A stretch of 64,000 nt of DNA from an uncultured Actinomycetes bacterium (GTDB taxonomy: Bacteria; SZUA-79; Acidulodesulfobacterales; Acidulodesulfobacteraceae), in assembly GCA_964631685.1 (NCBI GenBank), contig CAZVZU010000001.1, forward strand, positions 64,001-128,000, in the 5' to 3' direction. The position numbers and the translations under genes were made by a program. Shown in pieces: positions 40,218 to 50,185 of the stretch. Each line of letters begins with the position of its first letter. The first letter of the stretch is position 1. The notes below the pieces were generated by a model. It saw only the letters and a list, made by a program, of their open reading frames with translations. It made no database searches and had not been told where the DNA came from.

Positions 40218-40994
40218 ATGAACGGCGGTTTATATATTGCTCTGAGCGGAGTAGTTGCAGAGAGACAAAAACTTGACATAATCACCGATAATTTATCTAA
40301 TGCAAATACTGTGGGATATAAAAGTAGCGGATCTGTTTTCGGGGAGTTTTTATCACGTAAGACCGTTCAGATTTTTAATACAGGAAGCAATAAGCCCCTT
40401 GTAGATAAGGCTTATCCTGTAACTCTTAACAGTTATACGAATATTTCTGAGGGACCTATTAAGAAAACGGGTAATAGGCTTGATCTGGCAATCAATGGAA
40501 ACGGATTTTTTGTTTTGCAAACCCCAAATGGGATTAGGTTTACTAAAAACGGGGCTTTTTCCTTGAATAATGCAGGGGAGCTTGTCAATCAGAACGGATT
40601 TTTTGTTCTTGGGACAAATAAAAAGCCGATTATTTTAAACGAAAGAGGTTCAGACGTTACCATCACAAAGATGGGCATAGTAAATTTGACCGATTCATTG
40701 TCGAATAATGTGTCGTCTTACGGTAAAATTCTTACGGTTAAGTTCAAAAAACCTGAATATCTGTCGAAATCAGGCGATATCTTGTTTTCGGCAACCAAGG
40801 ATTCCGGCAGTCCCGTTCAGGATAATAATCCGGATATGTTACAGGGATTCATAGAGGGATCAAATGTAAATATAATTAAAGATATGGCTGAGATGATTAA
40901 TGTTTCGCAAATTCATAGCAATATGATAGCGGTGTTAAAATCATATTCTCATGTCAATAATACTGCCATTAATACTATCGGCGCACCGGTTTAG
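40218..40994 (+). CDS. flgF: Flagellar basal-body rod protein FlgF
   Basis: GLYIALSG, NLSNANTVGYK, TGNRLDLAING.GFF and QGFIEGSNVN. Precedes flgG. Confidence 0.92.
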   Translation: MNGGLYIALSGVVAERQKLDIITDNLSNANTVGYKSSGSVFGEFLSRKTVQIFNTGSNKPLVDKAYPVTLNSYTNISEGPIKKTGNRLDLAINGNGFFVLQTPNGIRFTKNGAFSLNNAGELVNQNGFFVLGTNKKPIILNERGSDVTITKMGIVNLTDSLSNNVSSYGKILTVKFKKPEYLSKSGDILFSATKDSGSPVQDNNPDMLQGFIEGSNVNIIKDMAEMINVSQIHSNMIAVLKSYSHVNNTAINTIGAPV

Positions 40995-41063
40995 TGTTCT
41001 GGGTGGCCATAAAGAAAAAGTCGTATGTCATGCTATACTATTGTCAACGGAGGTAACAGATAA

Positions 41064-41849
41064 ATGAGGGCATTATGGACGGCTTCCACTGGTATGGAAG
41101 CGCAACAAACAGAAATAGATAATATTGCAAATAATCTTGCAAATACCAATACAACGGGTTACAAAGAATCAAGGGTTAATTTTGAGGACCTTTTTTATCA
41201 GACAATTAAATCTCCGGGGGCGTATTCCTCGGAATATACCCAAGTGCCAACGGGTATCCAAATTGGTTTGGGCGTGAAGGTTTCATCCGTAGAGAAGCAG
41301 TTTACACAAGGAGATCTTCAGCATACATCTAATCCTTTTGATTTAGCGATATCGGGTCAGGGTTTTTTCCAGATACAAATGCCAAGTGGTGAAGCGGCGT
41401 ATACTAGAGATGGGACCTTTCAGGCAAATTCTCAGGGTCAACTTGTGGATGCTAATGGGTATCAACTTGTACCGCCTATCACCGTACCTCCGAATGCGAC
41501 GTCTGTTACTATTTCGCAAAACGGCACTGTCTCTGCGGTTGTTTCAGGCCAGACAAATCCTGTGCAGATTGGTACGCTCACGCTTGCCAATTTTATCAAT
41601 CCTGCGGGACTTAACAGTGTCGGCCACAATATTTATTTGCAGACTTCGGCTTCTGGTGTCCCACAAATTGGCAGCCCGGATCAAAATGGTTTTGGAACGA
41701 TTCAGCAAGGCTTTTTGGAAATGTCAAATGTAAATTTGGTAGGACAAATGGTATCAATGATTACCGCTCAAAATGCGTACACGATAGATTCTAAAGCGAT
41801 AACAATTGCAAATCGTATGCTTCAAACTGCGGCAGGATTGATACCGTAA
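41064..41849 (+). CDS. flgG: Flagellar distal rod protein FlgG
   Basis: MRALWTASTGMEAQQ, FEDLFYQT, PTGIQIGLGV and LEMSNVN. Confidence 0.97.
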   Translation: MRALWTASTGMEAQQTEIDNIANNLANTNTTGYKESRVNFEDLFYQTIKSPGAYSSEYTQVPTGIQIGLGVKVSSVEKQFTQGDLQHTSNPFDLAISGQGFFQIQMPSGEAAYTRDGTFQANSQGQLVDANGYQLVPPITVPPNATSVTISQNGTVSAVVSGQTNPVQIGTLTLANFINPAGLNSVGHNIYLQTSASGVPQIGSPDQNGFGTIQQGFLEMSNVNLVGQMVSMITAQNAYTIDSKAITIANRMLQTAAGLIP

Positions 41850-41869
41850 ATATATATTTTAATAAAAAA

Positions 41870-42601
41870 ATGTTTAAAAAAATTTGTATAAATCTCATCT
41901 TTATTTTTATTATCTTGGGACTATCCGTAGTCGGATCAGGGAGAAATTCTTATGCGGACGGTTCTCATGCGAGATATGTAAAATTAAAAAAATTGGTAAT
42001 AAACTCTTATTTAAAGGGTATACCGCTAAAATTTAAAAAGTATTTTCATTTTAGTAATTTTAGATTCTCAGGTCAATTTAAGGATGCTCTTGGTTACTCT
42101 ATGGAGCCGGTAATGCATAGTCTGGGATTCGCAGGATATGATACGGCAGTAATTAAATTAATAGACAAAAACAATGGTTCTATCAAGGGGATTGCTTATG
42201 CTGCATTTAAAGTGAGAATTTATGTTCCATTGGCCGTCGCATCTCGAACAATTGGGAAATTTCAAATAATAAGGACTAATGATATTAAAATTGCTTATGC
42301 GGATGTTTCTAATATAAATGCTGGATACTACCTAACTAAAAGAGATGTCGTAGGTAAAGAGGCAAAATTTAATATCATTCAAGATTCTGTTCTGTCCAAA
42401 ATAAATACTGAGCGGAAAAGAATAATAAACTTTGGCAATATGGTCAATATTGTTTATGAAGGGGATGGATTAAGCTTAAAAGTTAAGGGAATGGCACTTC
42501 AGTCGGGTTGTTATAACTCGGTTATACGGGTTAAAAATACGGAATCTGGTTTGGTCGTAAACGGGATAGTTAAATCCAATAAAACGGTGATAGTCAAGTG
42601 A
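41870..42601 (+). CDS. flgA: Flagellar P-ring chaperone FlgA
   Basis: Signal peptide, SAF-like domain and GMALQSG...IRVKN.ESG. Lies between flgG and flgH. Confidence 0.85.
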   Translation: MFKKICINLIFIFIILGLSVVGSGRNSYADGSHARYVKLKKLVINSYLKGIPLKFKKYFHFSNFRFSGQFKDALGYSMEPVMHSLGFAGYDTAVIKLIDKNNGSIKGIAYAAFKVRIYVPLAVASRTIGKFQIIRTNDIKIAYADVSNINAGYYLTKRDVVGKEAKFNIIQDSVLSKINTERKRIINFGNMVNIVYEGDGLSLKVKGMALQSGCYNSVIRVKNTESGLVVNGIVKSNKTVIVK

Positions 42602-43293
42602 TAAAAATATATAAAAAATGGTTGTTTTTATTTTTAATATTTTTTGTGTCAGCACTTTCTTTAAGCGGGTGTGGTGGCGGTTTGAATCCACCTAAATCTA
42701 TGATACCTCCAACCTATGTAAAACCTAGCGTAAAAAACGGTGGCATCAAAAGTAAGCCTGCCTTAGGTTCCTTATGGAGCGGTTCGCAACATGGAATAAA
42801 CCTGTATTCTGATAACGTTGCGTACAAACTTAACGACATAGTTACTGTGATAGTAAATAATCAGACTAGTGCGCAGAATTCTTCAGGGACGATTCTATCA
42901 AAAAATTCTTCGGGCGGGGGGAGCGTTGCTTTCGGCAGTCTTTCAACGTCTAAACCCACGGGTTATAAGGGATCGAATATTGAGAGCTTTAACGGTGGCG
43001 GAAAAGTGACCGAGAGTGGAAAAATATCTACTATGATAGAGACTCAGGTCGACAAGGTTTTTCCAAATGGAAATTTAGAGATTAAGGGTGAAAGAAAAAT
43101 TTTCGTCAACGGTGAAACAAGAGATATTTTAGTCACAGGCATTATTAGATCGGCGGATATTTCCTCAGATAATACTATTCTTTCCAGCCAAATTGCCGAC
43201 CCTAGAATTTGGATAAACGGTAAGGGTCCGGTAGAATGGCAACAAGGACAGGGTTGGCTTTATCGTCTAATGAATTTTATATGGCCATTTTAA
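42598..43293 (+). CDS. flgH: Flagellar L-ring lipoprotein FlgH
   Basis: Lipobox LSGC, GSLW, DIVTV, PNGNLEIKG, GIIRSADI and GWL...WPF. Confidence 0.95.
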   Translation: MIKIYKKWLFLFLIFFVSALSLSGCGGGLNPPKSMIPPTYVKPSVKNGGIKSKPALGSLWSGSQHGINLYSDNVAYKLNDIVTVIVNNQTSAQNSSGTILSKNSSGGGSVAFGSLSTSKPTGYKGSNIESFNGGGKVTESGKISTMIETQVDKVFPNGNLEIKGERKIFVNGETRDILVTGIIRSADISSDNTILSSQIADPRIWINGKGPVEWQQGQGWLYRLMNFIWPF

Positions 43294-43318
43294 TCTAAAA
43301 TATAGAAAACAAAATAAG

Positions 43319-44377
43319 ATGAAAAAAAATATATTTTTAACAATTACACTATTTTTATTAAGTATGTTCGTTATAAGTATGACCCCAAGTTTATCCCGTG
43401 CGGCTAAAATAGGCGATATCACCTCTATTTACGGGGCAATGAGTAATCCTATTGTAGGCTACGGTCTCGTTGTTGGGCTTGACGGGACAGGGGATCAATG
43501 GGGTGTCAATGTAACACAGCAAAGTATCGCAAATATGCTATCAAAATTGGGTATTAGCATTGGACAAACTTCTCTTTATACTATAAGAGATGCCGCAGCG
43601 GTTATGGTTACTGCAGAACTCCCGCCGTTCGCCGTTCCTGGACAGAAAATCAATGTTACGGTTGGCTCAATCGGCAATGCAACAAGCCTTCAGGGCGGTG
43701 TTTTACTTATGACTGCATTAAAAGGACCGAATGGTCAGGTGTATGCATTGGCGCAAGGAAGCATATCTACCGGTGGGAATGTCTCAACCGATAATGTCAT
43801 GCCTCTTCCGGGATATATTCCTGTGTCTCAAAATTTTCAAACATCCGGCATTATAGATAATGGCGGCATAGTTGAAAAAGGGGTTTCAATCGGGTTGAAC
43901 TCGTTTAACTCAATAAGATTAATACTTAAAAATCCAGGGTTTACCACAGCATCAAGAATAGCATCCGCTATAAATGTAAAATTTGGAAAAGGTATATCTA
44001 AATCGTTAAATTCAACTCAAGTGTCCGTTAAAGTTCCGGTTCCATATAAGGGTAATGTTGCAGAGTTTATAGCGCTTATTAATGCTGTTAGTGTAAAGAC
44101 GCATTCAAAGGCTATCGTGGTTATCAATGAACGTTCGGGGACCGTCGTAATGGGCGGTAATATAGTAATAAATCCTGTAGCAATATCTAATAGGAATATA
44201 ACACTTAAAATTAACAAGAAAATAGTTCCTCATGCATTTTTCTTAAAAAAGGGACTAACTGTTATCCAGCTTGTTAAGGCCTTAAATGCAGTTGGAGCTT
44301 CGACTTCTAGTATAATATCTATATTGGAATCCATTAAGGCTGCAGGAGCCCTTTCGGCAAAGCTTAAGATTATGTGA
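43319..44377 (+). CDS. flgI: Flagellar P-ring protein FlgI
   Basis: GYGLVVGLDGTGD, AAVMVTAELPPFA, SLQGG and INERSGTVV. Confidence 0.97.
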   Translation: MKKNIFLTITLFLLSMFVISMTPSLSRAAKIGDITSIYGAMSNPIVGYGLVVGLDGTGDQWGVNVTQQSIANMLSKLGISIGQTSLYTIRDAAAVMVTAELPPFAVPGQKINVTVGSIGNATSLQGGVLLMTALKGPNGQVYALAQGSISTGGNVSTDNVMPLPGYIPVSQNFQTSGIIDNGGIVEKGVSIGLNSFNSIRLILKNPGFTTASRIASAINVKFGKGISKSLNSTQVSVKVPVPYKGNVAEFIALINAVSVKTHSKAIVVINERSGTVVMGGNIVINPVAISNRNITLKINKKIVPHAFFLKKGLTVIQLVKALNAVGASTSSIISILESIKAAGALSAKLKIM

Positions 44378-44391
44378 TGAATGCAAAATAT

Positions 44392-44419
44392 TAAAGATTT
44401 TACTTGAAAGTGTCGATTG
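44392..44419 (+). promoter_or_regulatory. Probable sigma28 (FliA) promoter for flgM-flgN-flgK-flgL-csrA-fliW
   Basis: TAAA-N16-GTCGATTG resembles TAAA-N15/16-GCCGATAA, about 70 bp upstream of flgM. Confidence 0.6.
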
Positions 44420-44487
44420 TTATACGGGTGGTTGTGCCTTTTTAATTTGTTACCTAATAATATAAAAATAAAAAGAAGGTCAAGCGT

Positions 44488-44772
44488 ATGACAATTCAAA
44501 TTACAAATATCTCCTCTGCTATTAATGATGTACCTGAAAATAATAGCAATAAGGCGATAGAGTCAGGTTTAAAAACGAGGGAAACCGCAGGGGATGAGGT
44601 CAATATATCCGATGGGGCTAGCTTTATTAGTGATTTAAAAATTTCCATAGATAAGGCGACATCGCCTTCAAAACTTGACAATATTAAAGCACAAATTGCT
44701 TCCGGTAGTTATGCTGATAGTTCCAAAATAGCAGAGGGGTTGCTTAAGAACTTAAATATAACCGGTGAATAA
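44488..44772 (+). CDS. flgM: Anti-sigma28 factor FlgM
   Basis: DEVNIS and KLDNIKAQIASGSY..S.KIAE.LL. Confidence 0.88.
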   Translation: MTIQITNISSAINDVPENNSNKAIESGLKTRETAGDEVNISDGASFISDLKISIDKATSPSKLDNIKAQIASGSYADSSKIAEGLLKNLNITGE

Positions 44773-45253
44773 GCAGAATGACCATATGAAGACTACAACG
44801 AAAGATAAAAAACATTTCAGGGAGTTACTGGGGGTTGTTTTAAGCTTAAAAAAAGAGCTTGAAAATGCCTATTTGGTTCTAAAATCCAGTATTAATCCTG
44901 CACAAGATGTTCAGTTTTTCGATAGCAAGAGAAGGGTTTTAAGCGAATTAGTAAAAAGATTAGAATCTTTCAGTAAGACTTATGATACAGAGGAAAACGA
45001 CGCTGTTAGGGCAAATGAAGAAAAAGAAATTGAAGACATGAGGAAGGAAATAAGGGCCGGGATATTAGAAATAGTCAATATTAATAGTGCGTTTTCAGGT
45101 TTAATTAAAAAGAATATGCATTATAACCAGCTTACAATTTCTTTTATCACCGATATATTCAATAAAAATTCTGTTTATAACAAAGGTGGCGAGACAGGTT
45201 CTAGTTCTTCTCCGTTAAAAAGTGTCTTAATAGGGTCGGGTCTCAGAATTTAA
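44765..45253 (+). CDS. flgN: Flagellar export chaperone FlgN-like
   Basis: Helical protein between flgM and flgK with a C-terminal YNKGG motif. Confidence 0.6.
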   Translation: MNKQNDHMKTTTKDKKHFRELLGVVLSLKKELENAYLVLKSSINPAQDVQFFDSKRRVLSELVKRLESFSKTYDTEENDAVRANEEKEIEDMRKEIRAGILEIVNINSAFSGLIKKNMHYNQLTISFITDIFNKNSVYNKGGETGSSSSPLKSVLIGSGLRI

Positions 45254-45276
45254 TTTAACAAACAAGGCGACTAAAA

Positions 45277-47388
45277 GTGATTACGATAAATAATATATTT
45301 GATATAGCCGATTCTGCTATGAATGCAAACCAGGCGGCTATGAATACGGTAGGTCAAAATGTTGCCAATGTCAATACACCTTTTTACAACAATGAGACTG
45401 CTGTTATGTCCGAAGCTCCGCCTGTTGTGGGAGCGCCTTATACCTATGGAACCGGAGTTAACGTAAATCAGATTCAAAGAAGTACTAATTCTTTCGTCCA
45501 GTCCGAGGTTAATAATGAGACAACTAATCATAGCTATTATACGACGTTATATCGGGGTTTAAATCAGATTCAAAATCTTTTTAACGATCAGTCCGGTTCG
45601 GGCTTTAGTTCTGCTATCTCAAAATTTTTTAATGATTTTCAAAATGTTTCAAATAATCCGTCCGATACAGCTCAAAGAACGGCGCTTGTTTCCGACGCAA
45701 GGTCCTTGGCGGGTGATATAAATAACGCTTACGATGTTATAGAAAATGTAGTTTCTTCGACAAATACGTCTATAAATGGTGTTGTACCGGAAATAAATAA
45801 TCTATCGTCTCAAATTGCCTCGCTTAACAAACAGGTTACCTATTCGCAAAATGCGGGTGGCAATGCTAATGAATTGCGAGATGAAAGGGCGAATGCAGTA
45901 AATAAACTTTCCAAACTGATTAATATTTCCTATTATGAAAATAATAACGGGAAAATCAATATATCTGTTGGTAATGCACCTCTAGTGGCGAGCGACTCGT
46001 CATTTAGTCTATCAACTAAGATCAACAGCACGAATGTCAATTCCCTAAATATTATGCTTAACGAGCCAAGTGGTTCGGCGCAAAATATTACCAAAAATAT
46101 CAACGGTGGTAGCCTCGGTGCTTATATTAATATTGAATATACTGCTGTACCATCTTTTACAAATAAACTCAATTCACTATCAGCTGCGATAAGTGATAAT
46201 GTTAATTCTCTTCAATACAATGGTTATGGGATTGACGGTTCAACGGGAAATTATTTTTTTAGTCCGAATTTGACGGCTTCAGCTTCTGCTACTGTCACAG
46301 ACGCAACGATTAATACGGGATATATCATGGATCCCTCCAAGCTTACAGGGGATAAATACTCTATCAATACATCAGGCAGTGGCGTTTTTACCGTTACGGA
46401 CAACACAACGGGGCAAAATATTATAAATAGTCAAACCATTATACCTACTACCAACAAATACGGTCAAAAGGTTTATGCTTTAAACTTTGACGGCGTATCC
46501 GTTAACATTACCGGAACGTCAACTGCAGGGGTTGCCCCGGCAAACGGAGATACTTTTACTGTTAATCAGTTGACAACTGCTCCCGCTTTTACTATGGCTG
46601 TTAATCCAAATCTATCAACCCCTCAGGTAGCGGCAGCTTCTGCTATTACAGCAGCCGTTAATCCGAGCAATACTGGCAATGTTACGATAAGTAGCGGTGT
46701 GGTTATAAACCCTACGGAATATACGAACGGAACTTATATCTCCGCTAGTAATAAGGGAGGAAAGTATACTATTACATACATAGGTCCCGGAGTTACCGGC
46801 ACAAGTGATTTTACCGTTACAAATAATACTACAAATAAAACGCAGACAATAAATAATATTCCCATTGTAACCGATGCAGCGGGGCAATCTGAATACTCAA
46901 TTTCTTTTGGTAATCAAAATTTCACGGGGACATCAGGGAACCAAGCTCAGAACTTTAATGTCAAGCTCACGGGAACGCCCTCGAACGGTGATTCATTTAC
47001 CGTAAATGTTTTATCTCCTCAGTCAACGGGTTTAAGCTTTGCCCAGATGAATTCCATTGGACTCGGTGGCAACAATGAAAATGCATTGAATCTTGCGTCG
47101 CTCCAAAATAATAATATGCATATTAATGAGACATACACAACTATTTCAACCTATTATTCCGGTATTGTTTCAAATATAGGCACCCAGGCACAGAGTGCAA
47201 ATACCAATTATACAAACTCAAGTTCAGTTCTTACCAATTTACAGAATCAATTATCATCTTCAGTTGGTGTGAATATGAATGAACAAATGACGAAATTGGT
47301 TAATTATCAAAATTCTTATCAGGCGGCGGCGGCCATAACACATTCTGTGGAGGCTATTATGACGGCGCTTTTAAGTATCGTTCCGTAG
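45277..47388 (+). CDS. flgK: Flagellar hook-associated protein FlgK (703 aa)
   Basis: NTVGQNVANVNTP.Y, GTGV, ANELRDER and SSVGVNMNEQMTKLVNYQNSYQAAA. Confidence 0.95.
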   Translation: MITINNIFDIADSAMNANQAAMNTVGQNVANVNTPFYNNETAVMSEAPPVVGAPYTYGTGVNVNQIQRSTNSFVQSEVNNETTNHSYYTTLYRGLNQIQNLFNDQSGSGFSSAISKFFNDFQNVSNNPSDTAQRTALVSDARSLAGDINNAYDVIENVVSSTNTSINGVVPEINNLSSQIASLNKQVTYSQNAGGNANELRDERANAVNKLSKLINISYYENNNGKINISVGNAPLVASDSSFSLSTKINSTNVNSLNIMLNEPSGSAQNITKNINGGSLGAYINIEYTAVPSFTNKLNSLSAAISDNVNSLQYNGYGIDGSTGNYFFSPNLTASASATVTDATINTGYIMDPSKLTGDKYSINTSGSGVFTVTDNTTGQNIINSQTIIPTTNKYGQKVYALNFDGVSVNITGTSTAGVAPANGDTFTVNQLTTAPAFTMAVNPNLSTPQVAAASAITAAVNPSNTGNVTISSGVVINPTEYTNGTYISASNKGGKYTITYIGPGVTGTSDFTVTNNTTNKTQTINNIPIVTDAAGQSEYSISFGNQNFTGTSGNQAQNFNVKLTGTPSNGDSFTVNVLSPQSTGLSFAQMNSIGLGGNNENALNLASLQNNNMHINETYTTISTYYSGIVSNIGTQAQSANTNYTNSSSVLTNLQNQLSSSVGVNMNEQMTKLVNYQNSYQAAAAITHSVEAIMTALLSIVP

Positions 47389-47411
47389 AAGTAATAAGGA
47401 GAATATATAAA

Positions 47412-48395
47412 ATGATTCAGATAACAGATAGTATGCTGTATAACACTATTAATAATGAATTGCTTGATAAATCTACGCAGGTTTATAAATTACAGGGTGA
47501 GATTTCGAGCGGTTTGCGGATTAATTATCCGCAGGATGATCCGGCCGGTATAGTTAATGTCTTGTCCTATAAACATAGTGTTGCACTTGTCAAACAGTAT
47601 AGCTCCAATGTTAATCTTGCCAACGAGGTTGCTTCTTTGGCATCATCAACTTTAAATAGCACCATCAATGTTACCAATAATGCGAGCACATTGGCAATAG
47701 AGATGGCAAACGGCAGTGTTTCCACTATTAATAATTCCGCCGCTGCACAAGGCGTAACGCAAATGATTAACGAGCTTCTGCAGTCTGCTAATACATCTTA
47801 CAACGGACAGAATGTTTTTACGGGAGACAATATTGCTCAGGCTTCTGCTTATACCGAAACACAGGCTTCTTACAATGTCGTTTCGCCTAATGGGGCAAGT
47901 ACGACAGTAAAATACACTGTTTATACCTATTCAGGTACGGATGTGAACCGTAAATATCAGATTGCTAAAAATGGTTTCGTGGCCCCGTCACCCACGGCAG
48001 ATAATATATTTGGCAACGATTCTGCTTCGGCAAGTTCAACAAATATTCAAAAGCCGACAGGTTTAATATCCGTGCTTTCACTTTTTAAATCTGAACTTAG
48101 CGCTGGTGTCTATCAGAGCGATTCCTCAAATATAATTGGAGAAATTAAAAAGGGACTAAGTCGAATATTATCTGCTCAGTCAACCATAGGGACAGTAATG
48201 CAGAGGTTGAATGCGCAATCTACAAGTTATCAAACTGTTTTATCTAATATTTCCCAATTGCTTGGGCAGACGCAGAATGTTAATATCGCCAAGGCAATGA
48301 TGCATCTCACCCAGACTCAAAACTCGTACCAGGCCACGCTTGAGGCGGCGGCGGGCATCACTCGTTTAACCCCTATATTATTAAAATATCTATAG
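47412..48395 (+). CDS. flgL: Flagellar hook-associated protein FlgL
   Basis: ISSGLRINYPQDDPAG, ANTSYNGQNVFTG and YQATL...LLKYL. Follows flgK. Confidence 0.9.
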   Translation: MIQITDSMLYNTINNELLDKSTQVYKLQGEISSGLRINYPQDDPAGIVNVLSYKHSVALVKQYSSNVNLANEVASLASSTLNSTINVTNNASTLAIEMANGSVSTINNSAAAQGVTQMINELLQSANTSYNGQNVFTGDNIAQASAYTETQASYNVVSPNGASTTVKYTVYTYSGTDVNRKYQIAKNGFVAPSPTADNIFGNDSASASSTNIQKPTGLISVLSLFKSELSAGVYQSDSSNIIGEIKKGLSRILSAQSTIGTVMQRLNAQSTSYQTVLSNISQLLGQTQNVNIAKAMMHLTQTQNSYQATLEAAAGITRLTPILLKYL

Positions 48396-48396
48396 C

Positions 48397-48633
48397 ATGC
48401 TTATTCTAACCCGAAAAGTGGGTGAAAGTATAAAAATTGGCGATAATATTACTGTTGAAATTGTCTCTATTAAAGGCGGGACGGTTAAGCTGGGGATGGA
48501 TGCGCCTGCGAATGTAGATATTTTTAGAAAGGAGCTTTACGATTCAATAAGAGAAGAAAATATAAATGCATCTAATCTAAATTCGGGTATAATAGCCAAT
48601 TTAGGCAATGTGTTTAATAAGGACGAAAAGTAA
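48397..48633 (+). CDS. csrA: Carbon storage regulator CsrA
   Basis: MLILTRKVGESIKIGDNI...GMDAP..V.IFRKEL. Confidence 0.96.
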   Translation: MLILTRKVGESIKIGDNITVEIVSIKGGTVKLGMDAPANVDIFRKELYDSIREENINASNLNSGIIANLGNVFNKDEK

Positions 48634-48674
48634 AAATTTTAATGTATCAATTGATAAATAAGAGGTCTACATAA

Positions 48675-49139
48675 GTGAATAATAACACTGCAACAATTCT
48701 AGTTAAAAGCGTATATTATCCCGAAGGTTTAATGATAGAGGAGTCTAAGGTTATTGAATTTATAAAACCTATTCTTGGCTTTGATATTTTTAAGAAATTC
48801 TGCATTTTAAATATAGACAAGGAAAAGAATTCTCCATTTTTTATTTTGCAGAGTATAGATAATGAAAAGTTATGTTTTATAATAACTAATCCTAACTTCT
48901 TCTTTAAAGATTACAGTGCGCAAATTATGGATGGAGAAAAAAAACTGCTAGACCTCAGAGATAAAAATGATGCGATAATCTTTGTGATAGTTACGCTATC
49001 TTCTGATTTTTTTTCCTCTACGGTAAATTTAAAGGGTCCTATTATTTTAAATACAAAAAATAATAGAGCATTGCAGACAGTTTTAAATACCGATGTATAT
49101 TCTGTGAAGCAGACACTGCCGATTCAAAAAAATGGATAA
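48675..49139 (+). CDS. fliW: Flagellar assembly factor FliW
   Basis: ILGF, FFILQS, NPNFFFKDY and TVNLKGPIILN. Adjacent to csrA. Confidence 0.93.
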   Translation: MNNNTATILVKSVYYPEGLMIEESKVIEFIKPILGFDIFKKFCILNIDKEKNSPFFILQSIDNEKLCFIITNPNFFFKDYSAQIMDGEKKLLDLRDKNDAIIFVIVTLSSDFFSSTVNLKGPIILNTKNNRALQTVLNTDVYSVKQTLPIQKNG

Positions 49140-49147
49140 TATTAGTT

Positions 49148-49163
49148 TGGCAACCTTATGCCA
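49148..49163. terminator. Short hairpin between the convergent fliW and GGDEF genes
   Basis: TGGCA-ACCTTA-TGCCA inverted repeat. The stem is short. Confidence 0.35.
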
Positions 49164-50168
49164 TTAAGTGCTTTCTCTCTTATCTATAACTATTTTTGAT
49201 CCGGTCTTTTCTTTGGCGGATGCCTTAAGTGCGGAAGCAATTTCGCTAATCTGTCCGTAGTGAGCTATTTTTCTGTTTACATTAGGAATTATAGCTATAG
49301 ATAGACTCATTATTGGAAACTGTCTCAATGTTTTATGCCTGTCGTAGGTCTCTATAAACCCTCTTTCTTTGTCGGTATTATCATAAAATGAGAGTATTAT
49401 CCTGTCAAAATTGTATATAATATCGTTTGATATATCTAAAGCATCATCCTCGTGAGAAATCACAGAGAAATCATCTCCGCCTATGTGTCCGATAAAAACA
49501 TGTTTTTCAATATTTCTTTTACGTGATTTGGATATATCGTAAACCGTTGTTGCAATAAGTCTCGATGTCATCATTATTACCTCATCTCCTCTTATAAATC
49601 CGTACTTGTCATTGTATGATTTAAAATTGTCTATATCTATGTACGAAAAAGAAAAATCTATATCTTCATCTAACTTATGCTTTATAGATTCCATTATCGA
49701 AGAATTTCCCGGTAATTTTGTGAGTGGATTGGCATCAAGGGCAGACTTAGAAGAATATAAAATACTGTTTATTTTATATGAAATTTCACCCGACATAACA
49801 GGCTCTTTAATATAATCCTTCAAATAATATTTTGAATATCGTCCTTCTGACGACCCTATTTCAATATCTTTAAAATTAAAATTGGATGGTAATATAAAAA
49901 GTATAGGAATGTTGCTGAGCATACTGTCAAGTTGCATATCATTTACTAATTTAAGCTGAGTTTTGTAAGAATCAGGCTCCCTAAAAAGGTCCTTCATTAC
50001 GATTAATATCAACTGTGGTGGTGAAGCATATACAGAATAATACGCTTGATTAAAAGACTCAAATATTTTAAAGCTACACTCTTTAAGTTCGGCAGGAATG
50101 ATTTTATTGTAAATAGAGCCTTTGTCGGCAACGAGAAAAATTTTCCTATCATTTTTTTTCGTATTCAC
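49164..50168 (-). CDS. Diguanylate cyclase (GGDDF) with degenerate receiver-like N-terminus
   Basis: DANPLTKLPGN, YIDIDNFKSYNDKYGF.RGD and GHIGGDDF. Confidence 0.9.
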   Translation of the reverse strand: MNTKKNDRKIFLVADKGSIYNKIIPAELKECSFKIFESFNQAYYSVYASPPQLILIVMKDLFREPDSYKTQLKLVNDMQLDSMLSNIPILFILPSNFNFKDIEIGSSEGRYSKYYLKDYIKEPVMSGEISYKINSILYSSKSALDANPLTKLPGNSSIMESIKHKLDEDIDFSFSYIDIDNFKSYNDKYGFIRGDEVIMMTSRLIATTVYDISKSRKRNIEKHVFIGHIGGDDFSVISHEDDALDISNDIIYNFDRIILSFYDNTDKERGFIETYDRHKTLRQFPIMSLSIAIIPNVNRKIAHYGQISEIASALKASAKEKTGSKIVIDKREST

Positions 50169-50185
50169 GTAATTTTAAGCTCCGA

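Noticed and set aside
47412..48395. Possible flagellin
   Set aside because: Position after flgK, the DDPAG/ANT..NG..F.G pattern and the LLKYL end fit FlgL. Flagellin's RINTN start and conserved C-terminus are absent.
49148..49161. Sigma54-like TGGCAACCTTATGC
   Set aside because: The GG-GC spacing is one base short, and it lies between convergent gene ends.
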